From positions 25,856-89,855 of the IMG/VR virus record IMGVR_UViG_3300010401_000001: a DNA stretch of 64,000 nucleotides, one strand, 5' to 3'. The position numbers and the translations under genes were made by a program. The stretch's first letter is position 1. Each line of letters opens with the position of its first letter. The notes below the pieces were generated by a model that was given only the letters and a program-made list of their open reading frames with translations, was not told the origin of the DNA and made no database searches. Shown in pieces: positions 20,973 through 30,554 of the stretch. This DNA is from a virus.

Positions 20973-21681
20973 GTCGGCGGACTTGCTCCGCAGCCCGGCG
21001 CTATCATGTCTCGGAGGTGCCTGCCCTGCGGTGCAGGAGCGCGATGCGGTCGATCACGTTTGGCGACCCCGGTCACCGGTCCGAACCGATCCGGAGCACT
21101 CCGGATACGCCGGGCGGTCTCGCCACGCGCGCCGGCGCCCGCCCTGGTTACATCCAGCCCACCCCCGTCACGAGACGCGCCGGCCGCGCCGCTCGCCATC
21201 GGCCGCAGCGATCGCGGCGTCGAGCGCATCCTGCTCGATGAGCAGCGCCCTGACGTGCGCCCGGCCCGAGGTCAAGCACAGAAACCGCGGCAGCAACCGG
21301 CGCGTCTCCGCGCACGCTCGGCAGTGCTCCGCCTCGACGTCTATGATCTCAGCAGCGCAATCCTTGCACCGGCGGGTGAGCGGTCGCGACCTTGCAGTGG
21401 CCAGTCAGTCGTCCTGCTCCATGGCCCGCTGATCGTACAGCTGTCGGGAGCGGCGCGGTTCCCTATTGCGTAGGTGAGAGGAATCACGCACCGTCGCACG
21501 CCGCGCCGCCCTCCCGACCTTTGCATCGTGGCATTACGGCTCGGGGTGTCCACTCCGGAAGATCTGTCTCACCGCGCGCATTGCGTGAGGTCACAGATTT
21601 TGTTGTAGTGCGCTACGGCGCTATGTCGCCTTACAACATGACGGTCTTCCCTGGCCGTCCTCACAAGAAAGGTATCGATAG

Positions 21682-22635
21682 ATGAGGAATCAGTATTTTG
21701 CGTTGTTGATGTGCTGTGCCGTGACGTCTGCGTGCGAGCTATCGGACCGCCCGGACGATCGGTCGTCGCAGGCGCAAGCGGTCCTGGCCGCGCCGACCAC
21801 GATCGCGCCCACGAGCGGGTATGGTGACCCCGGTTCCGTCACGACGGTCGACGCCGCGGGCAACGTGAACTGGGTCGGCGGCAACTGGCACGTCCCGCTT
21901 CCGGTGTCCGTCGGCGACGTGATCGGTTCGGTCTCGGCGATCGTCCGTGACAACGGCGCAGCGAACGGCCACACCGCGGACGGCAACGTCATCGTGATGC
22001 AGCTGATCTCGCACACGTCGTTAGGCGACAACGCCCGGGCTACGATCATCAGTTCGGGCAGCGGGTCGCAGCAGACGTTGACGCTCGCTCCGAGCGGAGG
22101 ATACCGCGTGCAGAGCGGTGAGGATATGCTCGTGATGTTAGTTGGCTTCCGGGCCCTCGTGCCGTCAATGGCCGGCCTCGTCACCGTGTCACCGCTCGCA
22201 CCGAGTGGCACAGCGACAATCGGGACGTTAATCCTGTCATCGGGTGGCGTAGCCCTGAAGCCGGCGGGCGTTACATTCGTCGGGGATGCAGCAGGTTCGG
22301 TGTCCTGGACTGGAGGCGCGTGGAGCGTCCAGATCCCGTGCAACTTCGGTGACACGATCGATCAGCTTACGACCATCGTAATAGATGGTATCAGTAGCCC
22401 GATCACTGCGAGCGTTGTGGTGGTAGGTCAGAGCGGAGGTCCAGTAGCCCCTGGAGGCGTTCCTCCGTTGAGAACGATCGCGACCCTCACGACGGCTGGG
22501 GACGGTAAGTCCCATCCAGTCGTATTCACGCCGGGTTATGTCGTGCAACCCGGTGAAGGCATAATAGAAACATTCACCCCTACCGCGCCATCTATACAGT
22601 CTTCTGTAGGCCAAATACTGATGACCAAGAACTAG
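21682..22635 (+). CDS. lipoprotein moron with two tandem beta-rich repeats
   Basis: AAGAAAGG RBS; LLMCCAVTSA-C lipobox; repeat GNVNWVGGNWHVPLPVSVGDVI / GSVSWTGGAWSVQIPCNFGDTI. Confidence 0.75.
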   Translation: MRNQYFALLMCCAVTSACELSDRPDDRSSQAQAVLAAPTTIAPTSGYGDPGSVTTVDAAGNVNWVGGNWHVPLPVSVGDVIGSVSAIVRDNGAANGHTADGNVIVMQLISHTSLGDNARATIISSGSGSQQTLTLAPSGGYRVQSGEDMLVMLVGFRALVPSMAGLVTVSPLAPSGTATIGTLILSSGGVALKPAGVTFVGDAAGSVSWTGGAWSVQIPCNFGDTIDQLTTIVIDGISSPITASVVVVGQSGGPVAPGGVPPLRTIATLTTAGDGKSHPVVFTPGYVVQPGEGIIETFTPTAPSIQSSVGQILMTKN

Positions 22636-22640
22636 ATCGA

Positions 22641-23678
22641 TCAGTTATTCTTTGCGATTAGCCTCCATAGGCTTGAGGTACCGTCATATAAGAACGTAAA
22701 GGCAACGTGGGTAATCATTGTCAGCGAAGCTAGTGAAGGGTTAAATAAGCGGTTAGCTGCCAAGCTATTAGAGTCGTTGTGCGTAAACGTGACCGTATCC
22801 CCGGTCTCGTTGTAAATGATTAGAATCCTCCCGTCGGATGGCGCGCTGGGTGCTGCAATACCGGTCACTACTGGTGCACCGCCGGAAGCATTTGTGAACC
22901 GAATGATCACAGATGTCGAAAGTCCTGTAGGGTTGTAATTATTATTGTTTCCGGTGGATAGCGCGGCCGGAGATATACTTGTGTACGATAGAGCACCGCC
23001 TACACCACCGCTAAATGTAGCGCGACCGCTAACGGCAAGTGTACCGCTGACGATTTCATTTCCTCCGACGGTCAGGTTTCGCGTTACCGTAGCATCGCTA
23101 CTCCGTTTTGTAGTTGCTTGGTGATTCAGCGTCTGCGTACCAGTGCCATTACTCGTGATGTCAATGGCAATTCCAGCGAATGCATTTGAATCCGATGATA
23201 TCGCCAACTTTAAGTTGTTCGCGTCGACCTTGATTACCCAGTAGTCCGTACCGGCTGTCAGCCCTCCGGGCAGCGCTCCGCCGCTATTCGAGGTCCGCAC
23301 GGGACCGTCGCCGGTCTCGAGACCGTGCGCCGTCTTCGTCAGCTGGTCGGTCGTACTGTCAGCCGTGAAGGTGAAGTCGGTGAATGCGAGGAGCTGCCCG
23401 CCGATCGTGATCGCCCCAGCTACTACGGCCGCTGCATCGCAGGTCAGCGTGTTTGCGACCTCCAGCGTACCCGCGATGCTGTGGTTGCCCGATAGCGCGC
23501 CATCGTTTAGGTACTGAGCCCATAGGAAGTTCTCGTGAAATAACGAGTTGACCCGGCCAGCGCTCGCTGGCGTTCCGGATTGGAAGCCTCCGTCGCGCTC
23601 TCCACTGGTGGGTACGACAAGATTCGCCCCTCCGACATCGGCCCAGCGCACGTTCGCAATTGTCGGCTTAGTGCTCAT
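22641..23678 (-). CDS. tail fibre / receptor-binding protein
   Basis: Follows baseplate genes; N-terminal RWAD..P...GF..G.P..A...N motif; low-GC C-terminus. Confidence 0.8.
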   Translation of the reverse strand: MSTKPTIANVRWADVGGANLVVPTSGERDGGFQSGTPASAGRVNSLFHENFLWAQYLNDGALSGNHSIAGTLEVANTLTCDAAAVVAGAITIGGQLLAFTDFTFTADSTTDQLTKTAHGLETGDGPVRTSNSGGALPGGLTAGTDYWVIKVDANNLKLAISSDSNAFAGIAIDITSNGTGTQTLNHQATTKRSSDATVTRNLTVGGNEIVSGTLAVSGRATFSGGVGGALSYTSISPAALSTGNNNNYNPTGLSTSVIIRFTNASGGAPVVTGIAAPSAPSDGRILIIYNETGDTVTFTHNDSNSLAANRLFNPSLASLTMITHVAFTFLYDGTSSLWRLIAKNN

Positions 23679-23682
23679 ATCC

Positions 23683-24393
23683 TCAAAGCTCCTGATCTGC
23701 GGCGTTGAACCACACCGCGGTGTCCCAGACGCCCGCCGTGTCCCAGTACAACGTTCTCGCCGGGTCTTGCCCGGTCCACTCGACGATGCGGCGCACACCG
23801 TCGCTGGTCGCGCGCAGCACGAGCTCGACGAGCACGGCCGCGACCGCATCGGACAGCGCGATGCCGTCGACACGCAGCACGGATGCCGCGACGCCGGTGA
23901 TCACCGTGGTGATGGTGCCGGCGTCTCCGATGACGAGCCGGGCGACCTTCTGCACGTCGTTGACCGATCCGTTGCTCTTGTTCGCCGAGATCTGCGCGCG
24001 CACGTATCGGCGGTAGATCTCGTCATCGCTCACGCCATCGCGCGCGCGGCCCACGATGACCCCGATCACGTCGAGCTGCACCCCGACCGCCGTGTCCACG
24101 TTGCGCTGCGTCAGCACGGCGAGCATCGCCGCCGCGAGGTCGTTGGCCGGCGCGAGTAGCGCCGTGATCGCCTTCTCGGTGTTCGTCAGGTGCGCGGGGT
24201 CGGTGCTCCGGTACATGCTCGGCAGCCGCGACAGGGCCCGCGCCACGTAGTCGCGCGGGGGTAGCGTGCTCGTGATGGCCACGGCCGCGGTCGGCAACAC
24301 CACCACCGGGGCGCTGTCGGCCGGCGCCGCCCAGCGCAGGGCCGCGGCCGAGCCGGCGATCGCGGGCGCGCTCGGCTGTTGCTCCTCGATCAC
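23683..24393 (-). CDS. baseplate wedge protein (DUF2612-like)
   Basis: DTAVGVQLDVIGVIVGRAR..SDDEIYRRY. Confidence 0.8.
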   Translation of the reverse strand: MIEEQQPSAPAIAGSAAALRWAAPADSAPVVVLPTAAVAITSTLPPRDYVARALSRLPSMYRSTDPAHLTNTEKAITALLAPANDLAAAMLAVLTQRNVDTAVGVQLDVIGVIVGRARDGVSDDEIYRRYVRAQISANKSNGSVNDVQKVARLVIGDAGTITTVITGVAASVLRVDGIALSDAVAAVLVELVLRATSDGVRRIVEWTGQDPARTLYWDTAGVWDTAVWFNAADQEL

Positions 24394-25760
24394 GGGACCC
24401 CGGTGCTCGTCGCCACGGCCACGCGGCTTGTGTCGTACACGGCACGCTCGAACAACGAGATGGGGATCGTCGTCGACAACGACGGCGATGCCGTGGTGCC
24501 GATCAGCGGCAGCGCGACGTCGAGCACGCCGGAAACCGTGAAGACCTGCGCCGATACCCGCGCCGCCACCACGTTGGTGCCGTCATCGAGCGCGTTGCCG
24601 CTCGTGGCGATCGCCGCGGCGATCTGCGCTGCGCCGTCGACCGGAAACGCGCTCGGATCCACTACGACGGTTACCGAGACCCAGACCGGGATCTCCGTCA
24701 CCCGCGAGAATGCCATGGTCTGCGGCGTTCCCTCGCTGTCAAGCGCCGTGCCGATCACCGTCCCGAACGTCCTGATCCCGTCCGCGACGTTGTCGAGCAG
24801 CGCGTCCCAGATGTCCTGGTCCGCGCCGCCTTTCACCATCGCCAGCACGGAGTGCGGCGGGATCCCGTTCGCGTCGGTGCCGTCGGTGACGTTGCTGAAC
24901 ACGGTGCAGCTCGTGACCGGCGTCGGGCCGTCGGTCAGCCCGAGCAGCGCCGCGCGGATCGCTCCCTTCGTGGACGTGCCGGGCTGCTCGAGCTCGATCT
25001 CGCGTAGGGCGCGCAGCTGGGCATTGGTCATCACCGGCGAGCCGACCGCGGCGTCCAGGATGTTGATGACCCCCGACCACCCGCCGACCGGTGTGTCGAT
25101 GCTGACGATGTCGCCGCTCACCGCGACGATCGGTCCGGACACCGTAGCGCGCGTCAGCACGTCGACGAAGCCGGTCCCGGCTCCGAGGAAGCGCCACGTC
25201 GCGCCGCCGTCGGTGATGTCCACGCCGCGCGTCGTACCGCTCGGCCCCCCGCTCGGCGCCGACGGCCCGCCGACGGTGCAGAGGTAGATGTTGCCGGCGT
25301 TGGTGCGCTTATCACCGGCCACGTAGACCGTCGAGCCGAGCCAGGCCGTGGCCGCGGCGATGACCTGGTCGCCGGCGTCCTGGGTCGTGAACTGCTGCCC
25401 GGTGCTCGAGGTCGACGCCAGGGAGCCGGCCGTGATTGGCGTGGTCGGCGTGCCGGTGAGCGTCAGCGTGACGCTGCTGAACGTCGCCGCGCGGCGCTTC
25501 GTGCCGGTCAGCGCGCAGATCGCATCGAGCGCGGCGTCGAGCGCCTTGTTCGGGTCCTGGCTCGAGACGATCGCCTCGAGGAGCTCGTTCAACAGCGCGA
25601 ACAGCTCCGCCACGATGCCGATCTGCTGGCCGTCCGGGGAGCGGTCCGAGACGTCCATCGAAGCCCCGAAGAAGCCCCGCCACTTCGCGTTGATCTGGTC
25701 GCGGACGTCTGCGAGCGTGGCGATCTGCAGTCCCTGGGTAGTCAGCGCCGGTATGGGCAC
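24390..25760 (-). CDS. baseplate J-like protein
   Basis: SPDGQQIG...LDAICALTGTKRRAAT...GIPPHS...GG. Confidence 0.9.
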   Translation of the reverse strand: MPIPALTTQGLQIATLADVRDQINAKWRGFFGASMDVSDRSPDGQQIGIVAELFALLNELLEAIVSSQDPNKALDAALDAICALTGTKRRAATFSSVTLTLTGTPTTPITAGSLASTSSTGQQFTTQDAGDQVIAAATAWLGSTVYVAGDKRTNAGNIYLCTVGGPSAPSGGPSGTTRGVDITDGGATWRFLGAGTGFVDVLTRATVSGPIVAVSGDIVSIDTPVGGWSGVINILDAAVGSPVMTNAQLRALREIELEQPGTSTKGAIRAALLGLTDGPTPVTSCTVFSNVTDGTDANGIPPHSVLAMVKGGADQDIWDALLDNVADGIRTFGTVIGTALDSEGTPQTMAFSRVTEIPVWVSVTVVVDPSAFPVDGAAQIAAAIATSGNALDDGTNVVAARVSAQVFTVSGVLDVALPLIGTTASPSLSTTIPISLFERAVYDTSRVAVATSTGVP

Positions 25761-25766
25761 CACATC

Positions 25767-25795
25767 ATCGTCGGTGTCGCGACGGTAACGGTCGA
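25767..25795 (-). promoter_or_regulatory. late-class promoter motif
   Basis: TCGACC-N17-GACGAT-N6-GTG. Confidence 0.6.
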
Positions 25796-25856
25796 ATCGG
25801 TGCTGGCCGCCGGCCGATGTCAGGATCGTCAGGGCCTCGGATTATGGTGGGCGTAC

Positions 25857-26054
25857 ATGAGCACGCGCTGGCACATCCACTGCCTCCGCTGCGCTGAGTC
25901 GCGCACGATCACTGGCGCCGGCAACGCGGCCCTGACCCGGCCACGTATCAGCGAGCTCGCCGCCGCCGGCAACGGCGATGCGGTGTGGCTGGCGCAACAC
26001 GCGGCGCATCGGCTCGTGCCGGTCACCGAGTACGGGGCGGTTGTCGCCTGCTGA
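25857..26054 (+). CDS. small Zn-binding moron protein
   Basis: IHCLRC...WLAQHAAH..EYG. Confidence 0.55.
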   Translation: MSTRWHIHCLRCAESRTITGAGNAALTRPRISELAAAGNGDAVWLAQHAAHRLVPVTEYGAVVAC

Positions 26055-26437
26055 TCGGCTGCTCACGCTGCGCCGCTGGTCACCCGATCGGCGTGTTCGC
26101 GGTAGGCGACCAGGTGGTTCTCGTCTCGAGCCGGCCCCGAGCCGACGGCCTTCAGCCCGGCACAAAAGGCACCGTGGTATCGTGGTCAATCCTGGCCGGC
26201 GCACAACACCAGGAGGTGCGCGTGCGGCGCAAGCGCGGCCAGGTTGCCGCGTTCGCCCCGTGCGAGCTCGCGCCAGCTGCCGCGCCAGCGACCAAGTCGA
26301 TGTCGGACTACCGCGCGATGTCGCGCGAGGAGTTCAGGGCGCGGTTGCGCGAGCGCCGCGTGGTCGTGCATGTGCTGTCCGATGCAGAAGCCGCTCTCGC
26401 CGAGCGCAGCGCCCGGCGGATCCAGGCACGCCGATAG
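26051..26437 (+). CDS. SH3/KOW-like hypothetical protein (start uncertain)
   Basis: FAVGDQVVLV...PGTKGTVV. Confidence 0.45.
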   Translation: MIGCSRCAAGHPIGVFAVGDQVVLVSSRPRADGLQPGTKGTVVSWSILAGAQHQEVRVRRKRGQVAAFAPCELAPAAAPATKSMSDYRAMSREEFRARLRERRVVVHVLSDAEAALAERSARRIQARR

Positions 26438-26680
26438 CCACCCTTGCGGGCCCCTCTTACCGCCCGGACATCGCTGCAGCGCGCCGGGTTGACGGTCTCG
26501 TAGGCCAGGTTCGATCGGCAGCCCACACGCTCTGGGTGGACCGTCTTGCTGGCGAGGGCTACGACGTTGGCCTTGCGGCCCAATATGGCGTACCCCGCCG
26601 CGTCGGGGTCAGAGAGGCTCATGAAGCTTGCAAGTCGGCATTGAACCGAGGTGGTGCGGCCACCGAGTCATGAGTATCCG

Positions 26681-26754
26681 TTGCGCGGGCAGGATTTGAA
26701 CCTGCGACCTCCGGGTTATGAGCCCGGTGAGCTACCTGGCTGCTCCACCGCACG
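26681..26754 (-). tRNA. initiator tRNA-fMet(CAT), CCA not encoded
   Basis: CGTGCGGTGGAGCAGCCAGGTAGCTCACCGGGCTCATAACCCGGAGGTCGCAGGTTCAAATCCTGCCCGCGCAA: C1:A72 mismatch, GGG/CCC anticodon stem. Confidence 0.93.
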
Positions 26755-26759
26755 CAGCA

Positions 26760-26788
26760 ACCATGCCCTACGGGGATTCGCGCGTCAA
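26760..26788 (-). promoter_or_regulatory. tRNA promoter
   Basis: TTGACG-N17-CATGGT, 5 nt upstream of the tRNA. Confidence 0.6.
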
Positions 26789-27246
26789 GGATCGCCTCGC
26801 CCGGCTCTCAGCATCGATAACGGCACAGCATCGAGCCTCAGGCGCGGGCGATCGTCCTGGATCGGCAGGCCGGTCCCGTCGCTGAATAGCGCGCTCTGAA
26901 ACTGGAAGTCGATCCGCCGCGCTACCTTCGCGCCGCGCCGCCAGCGCCGGGTCATGCGTCTGCTCTGCTTGAGCTCCTCGCGGCACTTCGCGAACGCGGC
27001 CGGCGACCAGTCCGAGCCGATACCGTCCCAGTCCGGACCGAACCAGAGATCGAGATCCTCGCGCTCAACCAGCACACGGATGTCGAGGTCGCCGGGCTCA
27101 TCGGCAGTCAGGTACGAGCCGACCAGGTAGACCGGGCCGCCGTACGCGAAGGCGATGTGGTTGGCCTGGCCACGAAACGCGGCCGCGAACGACTCGGCGC
27201 GCTCACGCGGCGTCGGAGCTGCCGGCGAAGCGTCGGTACCGATCAT
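26785..27246 (-). CDS. minimal Pol-beta-type nucleotidyltransferase
   Basis: VYLVGSYL....GDLDIRV...IDFQFQ (GS...DxD...D). Confidence 0.7.
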   Translation of the reverse strand: MIGTDASPAAPTPRERAESFAAAFRGQANHIAFAYGGPVYLVGSYLTADEPGDLDIRVLVEREDLDLWFGPDWDGIGSDWSPAAFAKCREELKQSRRMTRRWRRGAKVARRIDFQFQSALFSDGTGLPIQDDRPRLRLDAVPLSMLRAGRGDP

Positions 27247-27653
27247 GTTCCGGGCACGATCTGCACCTGGCCGTCGCCGAACCTGGTGATGATCGTCGCG
27301 CTCACGGTCAGGTTGCGTGTCGTGCCGTCAAAGCTTGACTTGAACTCCGCGACGTCGAGCACGCCGGGCACCGCGAGCGCCTCGCCGCGCAGGACCCGGG
27401 CGATCTTCGCGGCGTCGTAGGGCTGCCCGAGGATGGCGTCCTGCTCGGTAACCACGCCGTCCTCGGTCTCGAGCCACGGCGTGCCCAGGTCGCGATTGAG
27501 GAACCACTCGTCGCGCCACAGGAGCCACGCCGTGCGCACCAAGATGAGCACGGCCTCGAGGCCGCTGGCCTTGCGCAGCGGCACGATGAGGTCGTTGTTC
27601 TGGTCGCGCGCGAACACGACCGGATCGGTTGATAGCGCGGTGGTCGCGGGCAT
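27243..27653 (-). CDS. baseplate wedge / gp25-like protein
   Basis: WRDEWFLNRDLGTPW...VPGVLDV...TRFG. Confidence 0.8.
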   Translation of the reverse strand: MPATTALSTDPVVFARDQNNDLIVPLRKASGLEAVLILVRTAWLLWRDEWFLNRDLGTPWLETEDGVVTEQDAILGQPYDAAKIARVLRGEALAVPGVLDVAEFKSSFDGTTRNLTVSATIITRFGDGQVQIVPGT

Positions 27654-28309
27654 CAGAGAACCTTGACCTTCTGCGAGGTGTAGCTGGCGACCGCGGCGTT
27701 GAAGCTGTTGAGCGCCGCGGTGATCGCGCTGCCCGCCGCCGTCCCTCCGGTCGGGATGCCGCTGACCGCTGACGCGATGGCGGTTACAAGTGTGGTCAGC
27801 TGCGATAGGAAAGCGTTGCCGAGCAACACGGGTTCCGTGGCCGGCGAGCCGCCTAGGTTGAGCACGTCTTGGTCGTCGACCTCGGCGAACGTGCCAGCGG
27901 GGTCGTCGCCATCGAAGAACAGCCCGGTGATCGCGATCCCGTCAGCCTCGTGGTGGTGCCGGTCATCGTCCGGGTCAACCACGTCGTCAACCGACTTCAG
28001 CTTCGCGATGCTCGACGACGAGAACACGACGAGGCAGCGGTCGCCGACGCGCACCGGGTACTTGAACCGCTCGATGCCGCTGCCGATCCGCATTACCGGG
28101 ACGTCGGTCAGCGGCGCGATCACCGTGGTCTGGCGCTCGCCGTCGCCGTCGACGTGCGCATCCATGACCAGGAGCTACACCGTAGCGCGCCGGGTCGCCT
28201 TGTCGTAGGACTCGATCCGGCCGGGCAGAGCGGCGCGGAGCCCATCGAGCCGGTCATCGAGCGCGGCGTCGATTACCTCGTTGAGTAGCGGCGTCAGCGA
28301 GTCGCTCAT
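27653..28309 (-). pseudogene. baseplate spike (gp138/gpV-like) with in-frame TAG at codon 45
   Basis: MSDS...ALPGRIESYDKATRRATV*LLV...DVPV...GDRCLVVFS...RHHHEADG. Confidence 0.75.
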
Positions 28310-29232
28310 ACCGATCTTCCTTCGATGTGAGTGGTCCACTCCGCTCCCCAGAAGTCTCCCTCGTGGGTCACGGCATCAATACGAAACGTGCCGTTGATGG
28401 ATTGGGTCCGCACTTCGATGCGCTCGCCTGGCGTGAGCTCGGGGAATAATGTGTGCTTGATCTTGAGCTTCGGGACCTTGAGCTCACGGCCCTTGCCAGT
28501 TCGGCGGCCTCGCTTGCGCGGCGCGCGGATCTTCGGCGGGTCAATCGTCGGAGCGCCGATGATGCCGCCATCGGGCGGCGACGACAGCACGCGCCGCACG
28601 CCCGGAACGACGTCGTCGTAGCGCATGATCTGCATGCGGCCGTCCTGAAACGACCAGTCCATGCCGAACTGCGCCAAGATGCGCGTCAGCTCGTCGGCGA
28701 CCCAGCCCGTGACGACCTCGCCCGTGGAGAGGCGCGTCTGCAGCTCGGACAGCCCGCTGAGGTCAGGAAGCGCTGTGCCGAACTTTTTGCACAGGTCGCT
28801 GACGATCGTCGTGACCGGGATGCCCTTGGCGTAGCTGCGGTTATGCCGGGCCTCGGCATAGGCCCGCGCCCCATCGCCGAGCTGGAGCTTGGTCTCCCAT
28901 TCGGTGCCGGTGTGCTCGTTACTGGCGAAGCGGCAATCGCCGATGAACAGCAGCCGAGGCGTGTTGTCGTATCCGGCCTCGATCCGCACCTTCGACGGCC
29001 CCCCCACGATGTTCTCGCGTGATACCTGGTTCAGGTTGATGAGCGTGAGCTCGGCCTGGTTCGGGGTCTTCTGCAGGTGCTTCTCGATCTTGAACTTGAT
29101 GCCCTGCGGCTGCGTGATCTCGTCGATGGTCTCGAGCTCCTCGAAAAACGACCGGTTGAGGCCTTCGATGTCGATGAGCTCGGGCGCGCGGATCACGGTG
29201 AGCTTGTAGACCCGGTCGAGCTCGACGCTCAT
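28306..29232 (-). CDS. baseplate hub protein
   Basis: FKIEK..PNQAELTLINL...IEAGY...LFIG...WSFQDG. Confidence 0.85.
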   Translation of the reverse strand: MSVELDRVYKLTVIRAPELIDIEGLNRSFFEELETIDEITQPQGIKFKIEKHLQKTPNQAELTLINLNQVSRENIVGGPSKVRIEAGYDNTPRLLFIGDCRFASNEHTGTEWETKLQLGDGARAYAEARHNRSYAKGIPVTTIVSDLCKKFGTALPDLSGLSELQTRLSTGEVVTGWVADELTRILAQFGMDWSFQDGRMQIMRYDDVVPGVRRVLSSPPDGGIIGAPTIDPPKIRAPRKRGRRTGKGRELKVPKLKIKHTLFPELTPGERIEVRTQSINGTFRIDAVTHEGDFWGAEWTTHIEGRSV

Positions 29233-29570
29233 GGTTGCTCCATGATGATCGCGTCGGCCGCTGTGAGGTGCACCATGACGACCCGGCCCCCCAGGTCGTT
29301 GAGGCCGGCCTCGACGCCGCTGCTGTCGTTGTCGATCAGGAACAGCCCAGCGGTGAACAGCGGGTTCAGGTACGTCGAGCCGAGCCGCACGCCCAACACG
29401 AGCTTGATTCCGAAGGCGATCGGTGTCGTCCCGTCCCGCTCCCACACGTCGAGGTACCACGCCAGGTCGTCGCTGTTCCAGCGCGCGCGCATCACATACG
29501 GCTCGGTGTCGAGCGTGATCGCGATCAGCTGCAGCGGGTCGCCGGGGACGAATGGGACGATGGTCGGCAT
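29229..29570 (-). CDS. baseplate plug-type protein
   Basis: ITLDTEPYVMRARWN...WYLDV. Confidence 0.75.
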   Translation of the reverse strand: MPTIVPFVPGDPLQLIAITLDTEPYVMRARWNSDDLAWYLDVWERDGTTPIAFGIKLVLGVRLGSTYLNPLFTAGLFLIDNDSSGVEAGLNDLGGRVVMVHLTAADAIIMEQP

Positions 29571-29573
29571 CGT

Positions 29574-30554
29574 TTATTGCCCTGGAAACGTCGGCGGGAA
29601 GTTGCGCTGGAAGCGCTGTAGGTCCTCGTTGCTGATCGAGTTGTCGATTGTGTCAGGTAGCGACTGCTGGAAGCGTTTTAGGTTGAGCCCGGCCGGCAAG
29701 TTGTTCACCTCCGACGTCGGGATCGGCGCGCCGACTCGTGCCTGGCGCGCCTGCTCGCGCAGGTCGTCGGTCATCTCTGTGCGGCGTTGTCCGGTAAACT
29801 TTTCGCCGGTTGTCAGGTCGGTGTACTCTGTCCATGGCATGGCCGGGTCCTTCTTGCCAAGAACGATGGCCTCGTCCTTGGACAACCCTGGTGGCCGGTT
29901 GTATCTGACCTCAACCTGAGTAACTACTCCAACAAATCTCCCCTTGGCGATGTCGTGTTTCCATTCGACGACGGCATCGGCGACGGCGGCCTTACCGATC
30001 GCCGCCTTCGCCTTCGCTTGTCCGCCGGCTCCGGCCATCGAGGTCCGGACGCGGACCTTGGTGCGCGTGTTCGTGATGACCACGACCTTGCGGAACTTCG
30101 CGGTAAAAAACAGCGCGCCTGGTCGCTGCTTCTTGGGATCTGGGTCGCTGCGGCCGGGGGACTTGTCCTTGTTCACCGGTACGGTCAGGTCGATGAAGGC
30201 CATCGAAGTGAACGTCCCCAGGGTCGTCTCGATGCGCACGGGCCGCCGGGCCGCCTTGAGCTCGCGGAGCCGCTGTAGAGCTTCGGCGGAGGGAAGCGCC
30301 GTGCTGGTCGTGCCGTCCGGTCCCGTCTCGGGCTGCCGCGTCGGATCGGTGGCAACGTCGCCGATCGGCGTGTCCGAGACGATGCACTCGAGCGTGACCT
30401 CGTCGGGAAGCTCGCGGATGTGGTCGGTGAAGTCGACGCCTTTCTCGACGGGGAACTTCGTGGCTTCTCCGGGAAAGCTGAACTCCTCGGACAAGGCGAG
30501 GTCCATCAGGTAGCTCGGCAGTGGCGGAGGCCCGCCGATGCGTACGAGGCTCAT
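29574..30554 (-). CDS. Dit-like tail tube initiator
   Basis: ATKFPVEKGVDFTDHI...P..VTL. Confidence 0.75.
   Translation of the reverse strand: MSLVRIGGPPPLPSYLMDLALSEEFSFPGEATKFPVEKGVDFTDHIRELPDEVTLECIVSDTPIGDVATDPTRQPETGPDGTTSTALPSAEALQRLRELKAARRPVRIETTLGTFTSMAFIDLTVPVNKDKSPGRSDPDPKKQRPGALFFTAKFRKVVVITNTRTKVRVRTSMAGAGGQAKAKAAIGKAAVADAVVEWKHDIAKGRFVGVVTQVEVRYNRPPGLSKDEAIVLGKKDPAMPWTEYTDLTTGEKFTGQRRTEMTDDLREQARQARVGAPIPTSEVNNLPAGLNLKRFQQSLPDTIDNSISNEDLQRFQRNFPPTFPGQ

Noticed and set aside
21168-21422. Minus-strand CxxC..CxxC ORF with TGA at codon 6
   Set aside because: No supported start after the stop; may be a pseudogene or error, too weak to call.
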